A stretch of DNA of 64,000 bases, taken from Chthoniobacteraceae bacterium. GTDB taxonomy: Bacteria > Verrucomicrobiota > Verrucomicrobiia > Chthoniobacterales > Chthoniobacteraceae. Under the pieces are notes generated by a model, which worked only from the letters and a program-made list of their open reading frames with translations, did not search any database and was not told the DNA's origin. Shown here piece by piece: positions 1 to 10,659 of the stretch (position 1 is the first letter of the stretch; every line of letters begins with the position of its first letter). Location of the stretch: the NCBI GenBank assembly GCA_031409655.1, contig JANNXQ010000099.1, positions 1-64,000 on the forward strand, read 5' to 3'. The translations under genes were made by a program, and so were the position numbers.

Positions 1-145
1 GGCCGCCATCTGCCCCTCCCCTTCCCCCATGCCCCTGCTTTAATTCTCCCTGTGCCCATAAAAACCCCCCAACGGGTTGGGGCCCCCCCGCCCCCCTAAA
101 AAAAAGGGGGGGCGCCGCCGCCCCAACTCCTTGGCTAACGCCCGC

Positions 146-2431
146 ATGTCCACTCCTGCGCCACCCGCTGCCGAGGTCCCCGCGCGGTTTCAGGTCTCGC
201 GCTCGACGCTCGCATTCGACCGCTTCATGACGTGGTTCATCAAGCTCGGCGGCGTGATGGTGATCACGGCCGTCGCGGGCATCTTCGTTTTCATCCTCTC
301 GCAGATCCTGCCGCTCTTCCGCGGTGCGGAGGTGGTGGAGGAAAAGAACGTCGCGGTGGAGGCGAAGAGCTACCAGCTCCTCGGCGTGGATGAATGGTCG
401 GAGCTGCCCGTGCTCATCGAGCCGAAGGGCACGCTGATCTTTATCGACACGAAGGGCGCGCGACCGCCGCAGGTCGTCGTGCCGGAGTTTGCGGAGCAGC
501 GCGAGATCACCGCGCTGACCTATCGGCAGCAGGGGCAAAAGGTGATCGTCGGCACCGCGGACGGGCGCTTTGCCGTGGTGAATCTGAACTACTCGATGAC
601 CTTTGTGGACGGGCATCAGGAAGTCGTCCAGGCGGTGAAGGCGGATCCCTTTTACGCGATCGCTCCGGAAGGCGCGAAGGTGCTCGAGATTGCCTACGGC
701 GACTCCGGCGACACGAAGCTCGCCGCGGTCATCTGCGAAGTCGGCGGACAGATCGAAGTCCACGCCGCGACGCTCACCGAGAAGCGCACGCTGATGGGCA
801 AAGGCAGCATCCAGGTCGGAGGAAAATTCAATCTGACGCGCAAGCTGCGCGGCAAACCGACGCACGTGCGCGTGACCTCGAATGCCGACGGCGTGCTCAT
901 CGCGACCGACGCTGGCGAGATCGATTACTTCTTCCGCGTCGGCGACGAGATCGCGGTGCGGCAGACGATCAAGCCCTTCGCCGATCGCGCCGAGCGGCGT
1001 ATCGCGGAGATGGATTTCATCCTCGGCGACGTCTCGCTCGTCGTGACGAATGCCGCCGGCGAGAACCGCGTGTACAGCCTCTTCGTACCGAAGGACGGCG
1101 ACCAGCGTGTGTGGAGCCTGACGAAAACTTTCGGCACGCTGCCCGCCGCGCCCACTTTCTTTGCGAGCAGCCTGCGCAACAAATCCTTCCTCATCGGCAG
1201 CGGAAAATTTGCGTCATTGCGCTACAGCACCACCGAGACGGTGCGCTGGGAAGCGACGCTGCCGTTTGATGTTTCGCGCGCCGTCATCGCTGGCAAACAC
1301 GACCGCATCCTTTTCCTCGATACTGCCGGAAAACTGCACCTCCACCGGCTCAATGATCCGCACCCCGAGGCGAGCCTGAAGGCGCTCTTCGGCAAGCTCT
1401 GGTATGAAGGCGCGAGCGAGCCGAAGTACGAGTGGCAATCCACCGGCGGCACCGACGACTTCGAGCCGAAGCTCTCGCTCGTCCCGCTGATCATCGGCAC
1501 CTTCAAGGGCACCTTCTACGCGCTCCTCTTCGCCTTACCGATAGCCCTCCTCGCCGCGCTCTACACAGCGCTTTTTCTCGAGCCGAAATTTAAACGCGTG
1601 GTGAAGCCGGTGATGGAGATCATGGCCTCGCTGCCGTCCGTGGTGCTCGGCTTCCTCGCCGCGCTCTGGCTGGCGCCGATGCTGGAAACGCGGGTGCCTT
1701 CGGTGCTCACGATGGGCGTGCTCATCCCCACCGCCGCGCTGCTCTTCGGCTGGCTCTGGGCGGGACAGCGCTACGAAATCCGCCGCCGCATCCGGCCCGG
1801 CTACGAGCTCTTCGTCTTCGTCCCGATCCTCCTCCTCGTCGGCTGGCTCGGCTGGCAACTCGGCCCGGTCGCCGAGCGCATCTTCTTCACCGTCACCGAT
1901 CCCACGACCGGCGCGAAGATCGCCGACTTCCGCCAGTGGTGGCCGCACGTCACCGGCGCCGATTACCAGCAGCGCAACTCGCTCGTCGTCGGCTTCATCA
2001 TGGGCTTCGCGGTCATCCCGATCATCTTCACGATCACCGAGGACGCGCTCTCAAATGTCCCGCCCGCGCTGATCAGTGGCTCCGCGGCGCTCGGCGCGAG
2101 CCGCTGGCAGACGGCAATGTACGTCGTGCTGCCGACCGCGTCGGCGGGTATTTTCTCCGCCGTGATGATCGGCCTCGGTCGCGCCATCGGAGAGACGATG
2201 ATCGTCGTCATGGCCACGGGCAATACGCCCATCATGGACATGAACATCTTCTCCGGGATGCGCACGCTCTCCGCGAATATTGCCGTAGAACTCCCCGAAG
2301 CCCCGCATCACGGCACCCTCTACCGCACCCTTTTCCTCGGCGCGATGATGCTCTTCATCATGACCTTCGTGGTGAACACCGCCGCCGAAATCATGCGCCA
2401 GCGCCTGCGCGAGCGTTACAAGACCGTCTGA
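146..2431 (+). CDS. pstC: Phosphate ABC transporter permease PstC with large N-terminal periplasmic domain
   Basis: C-terminal permease motifs (EIMASLPSVVLG, EDALSNVP...GASRWQT, GRAIGETMIVVMATGN); followed by pstA/pstB/phoU. Start moved to ATG 146 because 77-145 is low-complexity sequence. Confidence 0.9.
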   Translation: MSTPAPPAAEVPARFQVSRSTLAFDRFMTWFIKLGGVMVITAVAGIFVFILSQILPLFRGAEVVEEKNVAVEAKSYQLLGVDEWSELPVLIEPKGTLIFIDTKGARPPQVVVPEFAEQREITALTYRQQGQKVIVGTADGRFAVVNLNYSMTFVDGHQEVVQAVKADPFYAIAPEGAKVLEIAYGDSGDTKLAAVICEVGGQIEVHAATLTEKRTLMGKGSIQVGGKFNLTRKLRGKPTHVRVTSNADGVLIATDAGEIDYFFRVGDEIAVRQTIKPFADRAERRIAEMDFILGDVSLVVTNAAGENRVYSLFVPKDGDQRVWSLTKTFGTLPAAPTFFASSLRNKSFLIGSGKFASLRYSTTETVRWEATLPFDVSRAVIAGKHDRILFLDTAGKLHLHRLNDPHPEASLKALFGKLWYEGASEPKYEWQSTGGTDDFEPKLSLVPLIIGTFKGTFYALLFALPIALLAALYTALFLEPKFKRVVKPVMEIMASLPSVVLGFLAALWLAPMLETRVPSVLTMGVLIPTAALLFGWLWAGQRYEIRRRIRPGYELFVFVPILLLVGWLGWQLGPVAERIFFTVTDPTTGAKIADFRQWWPHVTGADYQQRNSLVVGFIMGFAVIPIIFTITEDALSNVPPALISGSAALGASRWQTAMYVVLPTASAGIFSAVMIGLGRAIGETMIVVMATGNTPIMDMNIFSGMRTLSANIAVELPEAPHHGTLYRTLFLGAMMLFIMTFVVNTAAEIMRQRLRERYKTV

Positions 2432-2434
2432 CCC

Positions 2435-4075
2435 ATGGGCGCACCTCCTTCACGTCCCATCGTCCGCACCAAGGGCGAGCAGTACGTCTGGATGACCTCC
2501 ATGGGCCTCGCGATCGGCCTGCTCATGGTCGTGTATCTCCTGTGGCTCATCGTCTCGCAGGGCGTCGCCGTTTTCTGGCCGTCGAATGTGCCCCAGATCA
2601 CGCTCAAGGCGGGCGTGAAAAACGGGATCAACGATTCGTCGATCACCGGCGGCGAAATCGTGAAGAAGCAACTACGCTCCGGCGACAGTGGTGAAGAGTG
2701 GCAGCTCTTCGTGGCCAATCGCGATGCCTATGGGCTGAGTTTCAAATACGTGAACGCGGCGGACGTCGAGCGCGTGGAGTTCCCGCCGGAGGTCATGGTC
2801 ATCGAGCGGATCGAATACGGCGACGCCATCGGCTTCCCGTCATTTTTCGAGATGAAAGGCGGCGAAAAAACCGCGGCGAATGATCCGAAGTTTTCCGAAC
2901 GTCTCGCGGCTTCGGTCCGCGAGGCAGATGCGCGCCGACGCACCATTCAGAAGATCGAGAAGGGCCAGATCGGCGACATCAGCGCCGAGATGCAAAAGCT
3001 GAAGCTCCGCAAAGCGAACGCCGAAAAGAACGGCCAGACCGGCATGATCCCCGCGCTCGATGAACGCACCGCCGCCCTCCAATCCGAATACGAAGCGCTC
3101 GCCGCCCAAGCCTCCGAACTCCGCGCGCAGCAGGCAAACGCCACCTTTGGCTACCGGCTGCTCACCGGCGAAGAACGCACCATCCCCGCTGGCCAGATCG
3201 TCCACTACTACCGCCCAAATGCGCTCGGTCTCGGGGCCAAGCTCAGCCTCTTCGCGCATAACTTCTGGGTCTTCCTGAGCGAAGAACCGCGCGAGGCGAA
3301 TACCGAGGGCGGCATCTTCCCCGCGATCTTCGGCACCTTCGTCATGACGCTCCTGATGAGCGTCGCGGTAATGCCCTTTGGCATCGTCGCCGCGATCTAC
3401 CTGCGGGAATATGCGCGCCAGGGATTCTTCGTCCGCGCGGTGCGCATCGCGGTGAACAATCTCGCCGGTGTGCCCTCCATCGTCTTCGGCGTCTTCGGCC
3501 TTGGGTTCTTCGTCTATTTCGTCGGCGGCACCATCGACAAAGTCTTCTTCAGCGACACCCTGCCCACGCCCACTTTCGGCACCGGCGGCATCCTCTGGGC
3601 CGCGCTCACCCTCGCGCTGATGACCGTGCCCGTGATCATCGTCGCGACCGAAGAAGCGCTCGCCGCCGTCCCGCGGGGCGCCCGCGAAGCTTCGCTCGCG
3701 TGTGGCGCGTCGAAGTGGCAGACGATCCAGAACATCGTGCTGCCCGCGAGTTCGTCCGGCATCCTCACCGGCCTCATCCTCGCCATGGCGCGCGGCGCGG
3801 GGGAAGTCGCGCCGCTGATGCTCGTCGGCGTCGTGAAACTCGCGCCGAGTCTGCCGCTCGATCTCACCTTCCCCTTCTTCCATCTCGATCGGAAGTTCAT
3901 GCATCTCGGCTTCCACATCTACGACCTCGGCTTCCAATCGCCCGACTCCGAAGCCGCCAAACCGATGGTCTTTGCGACCACGCTCTTTCTCATCCTCCTC
4001 GTCGTCGTCCTCAATCTCTCCGCCATCCTCCTCCGCGAACGTCTGCGCCGTAAATATGCGACGGGGGCGTTTTGA
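2435..4075 (+). CDS. pstA: Phosphate ABC transporter permease PstA with periplasmic/coiled-coil insertion
   Basis: PREANTEGGIFPAIFGT, NNLAGVPSIVFG, EASLACGASKWQT and ARGAGEVAPL motifs; operon context. Confidence 0.93.
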   Translation: MGAPPSRPIVRTKGEQYVWMTSMGLAIGLLMVVYLLWLIVSQGVAVFWPSNVPQITLKAGVKNGINDSSITGGEIVKKQLRSGDSGEEWQLFVANRDAYGLSFKYVNAADVERVEFPPEVMVIERIEYGDAIGFPSFFEMKGGEKTAANDPKFSERLAASVREADARRRTIQKIEKGQIGDISAEMQKLKLRKANAEKNGQTGMIPALDERTAALQSEYEALAAQASELRAQQANATFGYRLLTGEERTIPAGQIVHYYRPNALGLGAKLSLFAHNFWVFLSEEPREANTEGGIFPAIFGTFVMTLLMSVAVMPFGIVAAIYLREYARQGFFVRAVRIAVNNLAGVPSIVFGVFGLGFFVYFVGGTIDKVFFSDTLPTPTFGTGGILWAALTLALMTVPVIIVATEEALAAVPRGAREASLACGASKWQTIQNIVLPASSSGILTGLILAMARGAGEVAPLMLVGVVKLAPSLPLDLTFPFFHLDRKFMHLGFHIYDLGFQSPDSEAAKPMVFATTLFLILLVVVLNLSAILLRERLRRKYATGAF

Positions 4076-4117
4076 AACGCCTGCCGAAGGCCTGCGCACC
4101 GGTTCCAGTATGAAAAC

Positions 4118-4226
4118 AACATCGAACATCCAACGTCGAACACCGAACGTCGAACAGGTCGCGTTTCGTTCGATGTTCGACGTTCGACGTTCGACGTTCG
4201 ACGTTCGACGTTCGACGTTCGATGTT
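4118..4226. repeat. Inverted pair of heptamer tandem arrays (AACRYCS x5 / CGAYGTT x8)
   Basis: Left arm aacatcg aacatcc aacgtcg aacaccg aacgtcg aac (4118-4155); right arm cgatgtt (cgacgtt)x6 cgatgtt (4171-4226), which is the reverse-complement unit. Confidence 0.9.
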
Positions 4227-4284
4227 TCCGCCCACGCCTGAGCACTGCGCGCTTGCTCCTCCCCATCCATCGCCACCAACCTCC

Positions 4285-5130
4285 ATGCCCACCATGACCG
4301 ACCCCGCCAGCCGCGAACCCACGCGCGTCACGTCATCCGCCGCCCTCATGGAAACCCGCACCGAGCCCGCGCCGAATCCCGCCTTCATCCAGGTGAAGGA
4401 GTACGACTTCTTCTACGGGAAGTCGCAGGCGCTGCATGGGATCAATATGTGCATCCCCGAGCGCCAGGTCACCGCGTTGATCGGCCCCTCGGGTTGCGGC
4501 AAAAGCACCCTGCTCCGCAATTTCAACCGCATGAACGACCTCATCGACGGCGTCCGCCACACCGGCGACATCGTGGTGAATGGGCAGAGCCTCTATGATC
4601 CCGACCTCGAAGTCATCGCCCTGCGCAAACGCATCGGCATGGTCTTCCAGAAGTCGAACCCCTTCCCGAAATCCATCTACGAAAATGTCGTCTATGCCCT
4701 GCGGATGGCCGGCCAGACGGATCGGCGCGCCCTCGACGAAGTCGCCGAGCAGAGCCTCCGCGGTGCCGCCCTCTGGGATGAAGTGAAAGATCGCCTGCAC
4801 GCCAGTGCGCTCGGCCTTTCCGGCGGCCAGCAGCAGCGTCTGTGCATCGCGCGCGCCATCGCCAATCGCCCCGAAATCCTGCTCATGGACGAGCCCTGCT
4901 CCGCGCTCGATCCCATCGCCACGGGCAAGGTCGAGGAACTCATCCACGGACTGAAAAAGGAATTCACCATCGTCATTGTCACCCACAATATGCAGCAAGC
5001 CGGACGCTGCTCCGACCTGACCGCCTTCTTCTATCTCGGCAAGCTGATCGAGTTCGACAAAACCGGGAAAATCTTCACCAATCCCGCGCAAAAACAGACG
5101 GAAGAGTATATTACGGGACGCTTCGGCTAA
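4285..5130 (+). CDS. pstB: Phosphate ABC transporter ATPase PstB
   Basis: Walker [43 protein letters not shown]-terminal YITGRFG. Start uncertain (4285, 4294 or 4348). Confidence 0.95.
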   Translation: MPTMTDPASREPTRVTSSAALMETRTEPAPNPAFIQVKEYDFFYGKSQALHGINMCIPERQVTALIGPSGCGKSTLLRNFNRMNDLIDGVRHTGDIVVNGQSLYDPDLEVIALRKRIGMVFQKSNPFPKSIYENVVYALRMAGQTDRRALDEVAEQSLRGAALWDEVKDRLHASALGLSGGQQQRLCIARAIANRPEILLMDEPCSALDPIATGKVEELIHGLKKEFTIVIVTHNMQQAGRCSDLTAFFYLGKLIEFDKTGKIFTNPAQKQTEEYITGRFG

Positions 5131-5134
5131 AACC

Positions 5135-5212
5135 GGAGCAGAGGAGTCAGGGAGCAGGAGTCAGCCTCCTGTGGCCCGCTTCCTGATTCCCAACCTCCGA
5201 CTCCTGACCCCT
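5135..5212. repeat. Degenerate inverted heptamer array (AGGAGTC / GACTCCT)
   Basis: gaggagtcagggagcaggagtcag ... cctgattcccaacctccgactcctgacccct between pstB and phoU. Confidence 0.6.
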
Positions 5213-5221
5213 ACTTTCAAA

Positions 5222-5899
5222 ATGAGCCAATTCTGGGAACAACAACTCAACGAAATCCGCGAAACCCTGCTCCTCATGAGCAGCCTCACCGAACGCAATC
5301 TCGGCCTCGCCATGCGCGCGCTCGTCGAGCGCGATGACAAGCTCGCCGACACTGCGGAGGCCGAGGACTCGCAGATCGACGACCTCGAAATCCAGGTCGA
5401 TGAAAAGGTCGTCGCCTACATGGCCACGCACGGCCCGATCGCCAAGGACTGCCGCCTGATGCTTACCGCGTCGAAGATTTCCAACAACCTCGAACGCATC
5501 GCCGACCAGGCCACGAAGATCGCCCGCCGCGCCCGCGATCTAAACACCGAGCCGCTGCTCAAACCCCTCATCGACATCCCGATGATGGCTGACATCGCGC
5601 AGGAGATGTTGCGCGATTCGATCACCGCCTTCGTCGATCAAAACGTGGACCTCGCCATCGAGATCATCGGCCGCGACAAGTCCGTGGACAGCATCAACAA
5701 GCAGACCCACCGGGAACTCACCGAGCAGATGATTGCCGATCCAAAGTCGATCACCCGGGCGTTGCATCTGATGACCGTGGCCAAAGCCATCGAACGCGTC
5801 GCCGACCACTGCACCAACATTGCCGAGGAAGTCTTCTATTTGTACAAAGCGCGGGACATCCGCCACGACCACACGCTGAAGGGGCCAGCCGCAGCTTAA
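5222..5899 (+). CDS. phoU: Phosphate signalling protein PhoU
   Basis: Two PhoU repeats (LERIADQATKI; IERVADHCTNIAEEV); follows pstB. Confidence 0.95.
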   Translation: MSQFWEQQLNEIRETLLLMSSLTERNLGLAMRALVERDDKLADTAEAEDSQIDDLEIQVDEKVVAYMATHGPIAKDCRLMLTASKISNNLERIADQATKIARRARDLNTEPLLKPLIDIPMMADIAQEMLRDSITAFVDQNVDLAIEIIGRDKSVDSINKQTHRELTEQMIADPKSITRALHLMTVAKAIERVADHCTNIAEEVFYLYKARDIRHDHTLKGPAAA

Positions 5900-5964
5900 C
5901 GGCAGTTGCGGGCGTATACTTGATCGCGACGCCGGTCGCCGCCATCATCCACGCCCTTTTCCAA

Positions 5965-7254
5965 ATGCCCCACGATCCTGCCCTGCTCCGTTCGCTCGCC
6001 GAGAAAGTCGGCACTCCCTACTGGCTCTATGATGCCCGCGTGATCCGGCAGCGGATCGGCGATGTGCAGTTCATGTGCGACTCGCCCGGAGTGCAGGCGC
6101 GCTTTGCCATGAAGGCCTGCCCAGCGACGAAAGTGCTGCGTGAGATGAAGGCGGCGGGCATCTGGATCGACGCGGTCTCGGGCAATGAAGTGCTGCGCGC
6201 GCTGCACGCCGGACATCCGGCGGGGAACAATCCGCCAGTCATCGCGCTGACCTGCGATGTCTTCCGCGACAATGCGATGGCCGTGGTGCAGGAGCACGGC
6301 ATCCTGCCAAATATCGGCTCGCCGGGGCAGATCGCGGACCTGGTGCGCGCCGGGTATCGCGGGCCGATCTCGATCCGGGTGAATCCCGGCTTTGGCCACG
6401 GCCACGTGAACTCGTGCGACACCGGCGGGCCGAGCTCGAAGCACGGCGTCTGGCTCGACGACCTGCTGACAACGAAGACCGCGGCGGACGAAGCCGGCTT
6501 GGAGATCACGATGCTGCACGCGCACATCGGCAGCGGTCCGCAGTTTCAGGAGCTGCACGACAATCTCACCCGCCTCGCCGCAGAGTTCGTGGGTTTGCTG
6601 AAAAAGTTTCCGAAGCTCACGGCCGTGAGTCTCGGCGGCGGCATCCCGCATAACTACCGCGAGCACGGTGCACAGATCCCCGTCGAACCTTTGCGCGATC
6701 TTTTCCAGAGCTGCCACCAGCGCCTCGCCGCGGCGGCGCGTCGCGACCTGCGGCTCGAGATCGAGCCCGGTCGCTACTACGTCGCGCCGGGTTGCACGCT
6801 CGTCGCCCGCGTCACCGATGTGAAGCGCACCCAGGCGAACGCCAAGGGCAGCGGCGCGACTTTCGCGATGATCGACGCTGGCTTCGTCGATCTCGTCCGC
6901 CCCGCGATGTACGGCAGCTACCACGCGATCGACATCGTGGGCCGCGATGATGATGACCCGAATACCCCGCGCGAGCCCATCGTCGTGGCTGGTCCGCTCT
7001 GCGAAAGCGGCGACATCTTCACCCGCGACGATCGCGAACTGCTCGCCCCGCGCCAGCTCCCGCGCCCCATCCCCGGCGACCTCCTCACCCTGCGCGATGC
7101 CGGTGCCTACGGCTACGCGATGTCGAGCAACTACAATTCGATCGGGAAGGCTCCGCAGCTCTGGCTGGAAGAGGATGGCAGTATTGAAATGATCTCCCGC
7201 CGCGAATCCGTAGAGGATATCCTCAAGGCCGAGACGAGCGAACGGCTCGCGTAA
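5965..7254 (+). CDS. lysA: Diaminopimelate decarboxylase
   Basis: GTPYWLYD, RFAMKAC (PLP lysine), TGGPSSKHG, HAHIGS, EPGRY, GPLCESGD, GAYGYAMSSNYN. Confidence 0.9.
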   Translation: MPHDPALLRSLAEKVGTPYWLYDARVIRQRIGDVQFMCDSPGVQARFAMKACPATKVLREMKAAGIWIDAVSGNEVLRALHAGHPAGNNPPVIALTCDVFRDNAMAVVQEHGILPNIGSPGQIADLVRAGYRGPISIRVNPGFGHGHVNSCDTGGPSSKHGVWLDDLLTTKTAADEAGLEITMLHAHIGSGPQFQELHDNLTRLAAEFVGLLKKFPKLTAVSLGGGIPHNYREHGAQIPVEPLRDLFQSCHQRLAAAARRDLRLEIEPGRYYVAPGCTLVARVTDVKRTQANAKGSGATFAMIDAGFVDLVRPAMYGSYHAIDIVGRDDDDPNTPREPIVVAGPLCESGDIFTRDDRELLAPRQLPRPIPGDLLTLRDAGAYGYAMSSNYNSIGKAPQLWLEEDGSIEMISRRESVEDILKAETSERLA

Positions 7255-7261
7255 AGCCGGA

Positions 7262-9478
7262 TCAGGAGGTGTGGCGCTTCAGGCCGACGACCCCGAGCGG
7301 GGGCAGACGGAGGTAAAGCGAGTGGGACTTACCCTGCCACGGGGTTTCCTCGGCGTGGACGCCGCCGAAGTTACCCACGTTTGAGCCGCCGTAGGTCTGG
7401 GCGTCAGTATTCAGCACTTCCTCGTACCAGCCGCCGCCATTGACGCCGATGCGGTAGGCTTCGCGCGGGACGGGGGTGGCGTTGATGATGAAGACGAGGG
7501 ACTGGCCGGTCACGGATTTGCGCTTGAAGGCGACGACGGAGTTATCCGAGTCGTGGAAGTCGATCCACTCAAAGCCGGCATAAGTGTCGTCCTGATCCCA
7601 GAGAGCGGGCTCGGCGCGGTAGAGCCAGTTAAGATGTTGCACGAGGCGGCGCAGGCCGTCGTGTTCCGGTTGCTCGAGCAGGTGCCAGTCGAGCGAGGTG
7701 TCGTGATTCCACTCCGACCACTGGCCAAACTCGCCACCCATGAAGAGTAACTTCTTGCCAGGGTGGGCATACATCCACGCGTAGAAGAGTCGGAGGTTGG
7801 CAAACTTCTGCCACGCGTCGCCGGGCATCTTGTTGATCAGCGATCCTTTGCCATGGACCACTTCGTCGTGGCTGAGCACGAGGATGAAATGCTCGTGGAA
7901 GGCGTAGAGCAGCGAGAAGGTGATGGCTCCCTGATGAAAGCGCCGATAGATCGGGTCCAGCGACATGTAGTCGAGGAAGTCGTGCATCCAACCCATGTTC
8001 CACTTAAAGCCAAAGCCAAGGCCGCCGAGGTAAGTGGGCCGTGAGACGCCAGGCCAGGCGGTGCTTTCCTCCGCGATGGTCACGATGCCGGGATGCCGCT
8101 CGTAAGCCAGTTCATTGAAACGCTTCAGGAAGTAAATGGCTTCAAGGTTTTCCCGGCCGCCGTGGACGTTCGGAATCCATTCGCCGGGCTGGCGCGAGTA
8201 ATCGAGATAAAGCATCGAGGCGACGGCGTCCACGCGCAGGCCGTCGATATGATATTGGTCGAGCCAGAAGAGGCCATTCGCGATCAGGAAATTGCGGACC
8301 TCATTTCGGCCGTAGTTAAAGATGAGCGTGCCCCAGTCCATGTGCTCACCGAGGCGCGGGTCGGCGTGTTCGTAGAGGTCGGTGCCGTCGAATTCCGCGA
8401 GGCCATGCTGATCCTTGGGGAAGTGGCCAGGCACCCAGTCGAGGATGACGCCGATCCCACGCTGGTGGGCGCGGTCGATAAGATGGCGCAGCTCGTCCGG
8501 ATTTCCCCAGCGACTCGTGGGGGCAAAGTAACCGGTCACTTGATAACCCCAGGAGCCTTCGAAAGGATGCTCGACGAAGGGCATCATCTCGATGTGGGTG
8601 TAACCCATCTCACAAACGTATTCGATGAGTTGGTCGGCAAGTTCCAGGTAACTCAGGGAGCGATTGCCTTCCTCCACTTTCCGCCGCCAGGAGCCGAGAT
8701 GCACTTCATAGATGGACATGGGCGCGCGCTGCGTCTCGACGGCTTTGCGTTTCTCCATCCACTCGGCGTCACTCCATTGGTAGCGGTGGAGGTCGAAGAC
8801 CAGCGAAGCGGTGCTGAGGCCGTTTTGGCCGAAGAAAGCAAAAGGATCGCTCTTCAAAACGATCGCGCCATGGGCTTGCTTGATCTCGAATTTGTAGTGG
8901 GTGCCTTCATTCACGCCGGGCAGGAAAATTTCCCAAACGCCGCACCCGAGTAACTTGCGCATCGGATGCCGGCGCCCATCCCAGCCATTGAAATCACCGA
9001 CGACCGAGACGCGCTGGGCATTCGGCGCCCAGACGTGGAAGCAGGTGCCAGGAGCACCATCGACCTCCATGAGGTGCGCGCCGAGTTTGTCGTAGAGCTG
9101 CCAGTGCTGGCCTTCGGCGAAAAGGTGCAGGTCGAGCTGCCCGAGGATGACGCCAAAGGAGAAGGGATCGCGCTCCGTCCATTCGTGGCCGTCATGGCCG
9201 GTGAATCGCAACGTGTAGCGGAAGCGCTCCGGCGCGCCTTCGAGGATCGCTTCGAAGAAACCGTCCGGATGAACCTGCACGGCTGGGAAGATCGCGCCCG
9301 GATTGTCGAGACCCTGGACGGTCACCGCGCGCGCCTCGGGCCGGAGCACCCGGACCACGAGATGCTCCCCGGCCTGGTGCATCCCGAGGATCGCAAAGGG
9401 ATCGCCGTGCGACGCTCCGAGCATGGCGCTGAGCGCGCCGGCGTCGATGGTCGGGACGGAGATGGTGGAGATTTTCAT
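7262..9478 (-). CDS. glgB: 1,4-alpha-glucan branching enzyme
   Basis: [70 protein letters not shown]. Confidence 0.97.
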   Translation of the reverse strand: MKISTISVPTIDAGALSAMLGASHGDPFAILGMHQAGEHLVVRVLRPEARAVTVQGLDNPGAIFPAVQVHPDGFFEAILEGAPERFRYTLRFTGHDGHEWTERDPFSFGVILGQLDLHLFAEGQHWQLYDKLGAHLMEVDGAPGTCFHVWAPNAQRVSVVGDFNGWDGRRHPMRKLLGCGVWEIFLPGVNEGTHYKFEIKQAHGAIVLKSDPFAFFGQNGLSTASLVFDLHRYQWSDAEWMEKRKAVETQRAPMSIYEVHLGSWRRKVEEGNRSLSYLELADQLIEYVCEMGYTHIEMMPFVEHPFEGSWGYQVTGYFAPTSRWGNPDELRHLIDRAHQRGIGVILDWVPGHFPKDQHGLAEFDGTDLYEHADPRLGEHMDWGTLIFNYGRNEVRNFLIANGLFWLDQYHIDGLRVDAVASMLYLDYSRQPGEWIPNVHGGRENLEAIYFLKRFNELAYERHPGIVTIAEESTAWPGVSRPTYLGGLGFGFKWNMGWMHDFLDYMSLDPIYRRFHQGAITFSLLYAFHEHFILVLSHDEVVHGKGSLINKMPGDAWQKFANLRLFYAWMYAHPGKKLLFMGGEFGQWSEWNHDTSLDWHLLEQPEHDGLRRLVQHLNWLYRAEPALWDQDDTYAGFEWIDFHDSDNSVVAFKRKSVTGQSLVFIINATPVPREAYRIGVNGGGWYEEVLNTDAQTYGGSNVGNFGGVHAEETPWQGKSHSLYLRLPPLGVVGLKRHTS

Positions 9479-9638
9479 CAGAGAGCCAGTGTCCGCGGCA
9501 GCGCGAATGCGGGAAAGCACCAAATCCAAACCGTCCAGCGCTGGGGAAGCTCCTGCCGCGGCGGCGACCGTCTGGCCTTGCGCGCGGATTGCCTGGGCTT
9601 GCTCGCGGGGGATTCGGCCATTGCGCCACCCGGCCCTT

Positions 9639-9655
9639 TTGAGACTGATGCGCAA
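9639..9655. promoter_or_regulatory. Fur-box-like imperfect palindrome TTGAGACTGATGCGCAA
   Basis: Resembles the 7-1-7 Fur-box form TGAGAATnATTCTCA; lies about 45 bp upstream of the AraC gene. Confidence 0.45.
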
Positions 9656-9699
9656 TAATGCCTGACGCCCGCTGCCCACCCAGCCAGAGTGCGCTGGCC

Positions 9700-10659
9700 A
9701 TGTCCTCGCTCCCGACCACCGCCGTTTCCTTTGCCGAAGCGGCGATCTGGGCCGCGGTGCCGGGCGTGTGGCAGCCGCTCTACGGCGGCTTTGCCTCGTT
9801 CGGCGTGTCGGTGGAGTGGCACGATCTCCAGCCCGCGCGCGACGTCGATTGGGGGCGCAGTTTTCATCCGGGCAGTTTGGAAATCTGCCTGAACTTTTCC
9901 GGTTGGGCGCACTTTGCCGATGGGCTTGCGGAGCGCGAGTTGCCGCCGGGACACCTCGGCATCTACACGGCGCAAGCGGACGGACCGCGGGCGGTGCGGC
10001 GGTCGGGGTCGCTCCATCGTTTCCTCACCCTGGAGATCACGCCGGACTTCCTGCGCTCGCAGTGCGCGGGGCAGCTCGATCTACTGAAGCCGCCGCTGCG
10101 CCGCTTTGTGCGCGATGGCCATTCGTGGCCGCCTTTTCTCGAAATCGCGCCGCTCGGCACCTCACTACTGGCCTTGCGCGCGGACTTCGTGGAGCCACCG
10201 GTGCCGCAGGCGGCGCGCGCTGCATGGTATCGGGCGAAGGTGCTCGAGGTGCTCGCGCAGACGGTCTTTCGCGCGGATGAACCGGGCGAATTTTTCTGCG
10301 CAAAACATCAGCGGCAGAATCGCGAGCGGGTCGATCGCGCGCGTTATCTTCTGGAGCGCGATCTGGAGAATCCGCCGTCGCTCGAGATGCTCGCGCAGGA
10401 TGTCGAGTGCAGCACCTTTCACCTCAGCCGCATCTTCACGGACGAGACGGGGATGAGCATCCCGAAGTTTCTGCGCACGCGGCGCATCGAGAAAGCGGCG
10501 GAGTTTCTGCGCCAGGGAAAGATGAACGTGACCGAGGCCGCTTTCGCCGTGGGCTACGCGAGTCTCAGCGCGTTCAATCGCGCCTTCGTCGAGCAGATGG
10601 GCTGCTGCCCGGGGCTTTATCCGCGGGTGAAGATCGCGGGGCGCGCTGCGGGGAAATAG
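9700..10659 (+). CDS. AraC-family transcriptional regulator (PchR/YbtA-like architecture)
   Basis: C-terminal double HTH (LENPPSLEMLA...HLSRIF...NVTEAAFAVGYASLSAFNRAF); YRAKVLEVL helix as in siderophore/heme-responsive AraC proteins. Confidence 0.88.
   Translation: MSSLPTTAVSFAEAAIWAAVPGVWQPLYGGFASFGVSVEWHDLQPARDVDWGRSFHPGSLEICLNFSGWAHFADGLAERELPPGHLGIYTAQADGPRAVRRSGSLHRFLTLEITPDFLRSQCAGQLDLLKPPLRRFVRDGHSWPPFLEIAPLGTSLLALRADFVEPPVPQAARAAWYRAKVLEVLAQTVFRADEPGEFFCAKHQRQNRERVDRARYLLERDLENPPSLEMLAQDVECSTFHLSRIFTDETGMSIPKFLRTRRIEKAAEFLRQGKMNVTEAAFAVGYASLSAFNRAFVEQMGCCPGLYPRVKIAGRAAGK

Noticed and set aside
1..135. Homopolymer-rich stretch and the MGPPRPPKKKGG extension of ORF 77-2431
   Set aside because: Runs of C, A and G look like a low-quality read or contig end, not a biological repeat or coding sequence.
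4171..4226. Possible CRISPR array, or a TSNVERR repeat protein in ORF 2840-4279
   Set aside because: The units are 7 nt with no spacers and there are no cas genes; the peptide repeat is only the antisense translation of the microsatellite.
9492..9562. ccgcggcag...ctgccgcgg inverted repeat upstream of glgB as a riboswitch
   Set aside because: No recognisable aptamer core; a 9-bp GC stem can arise by chance.
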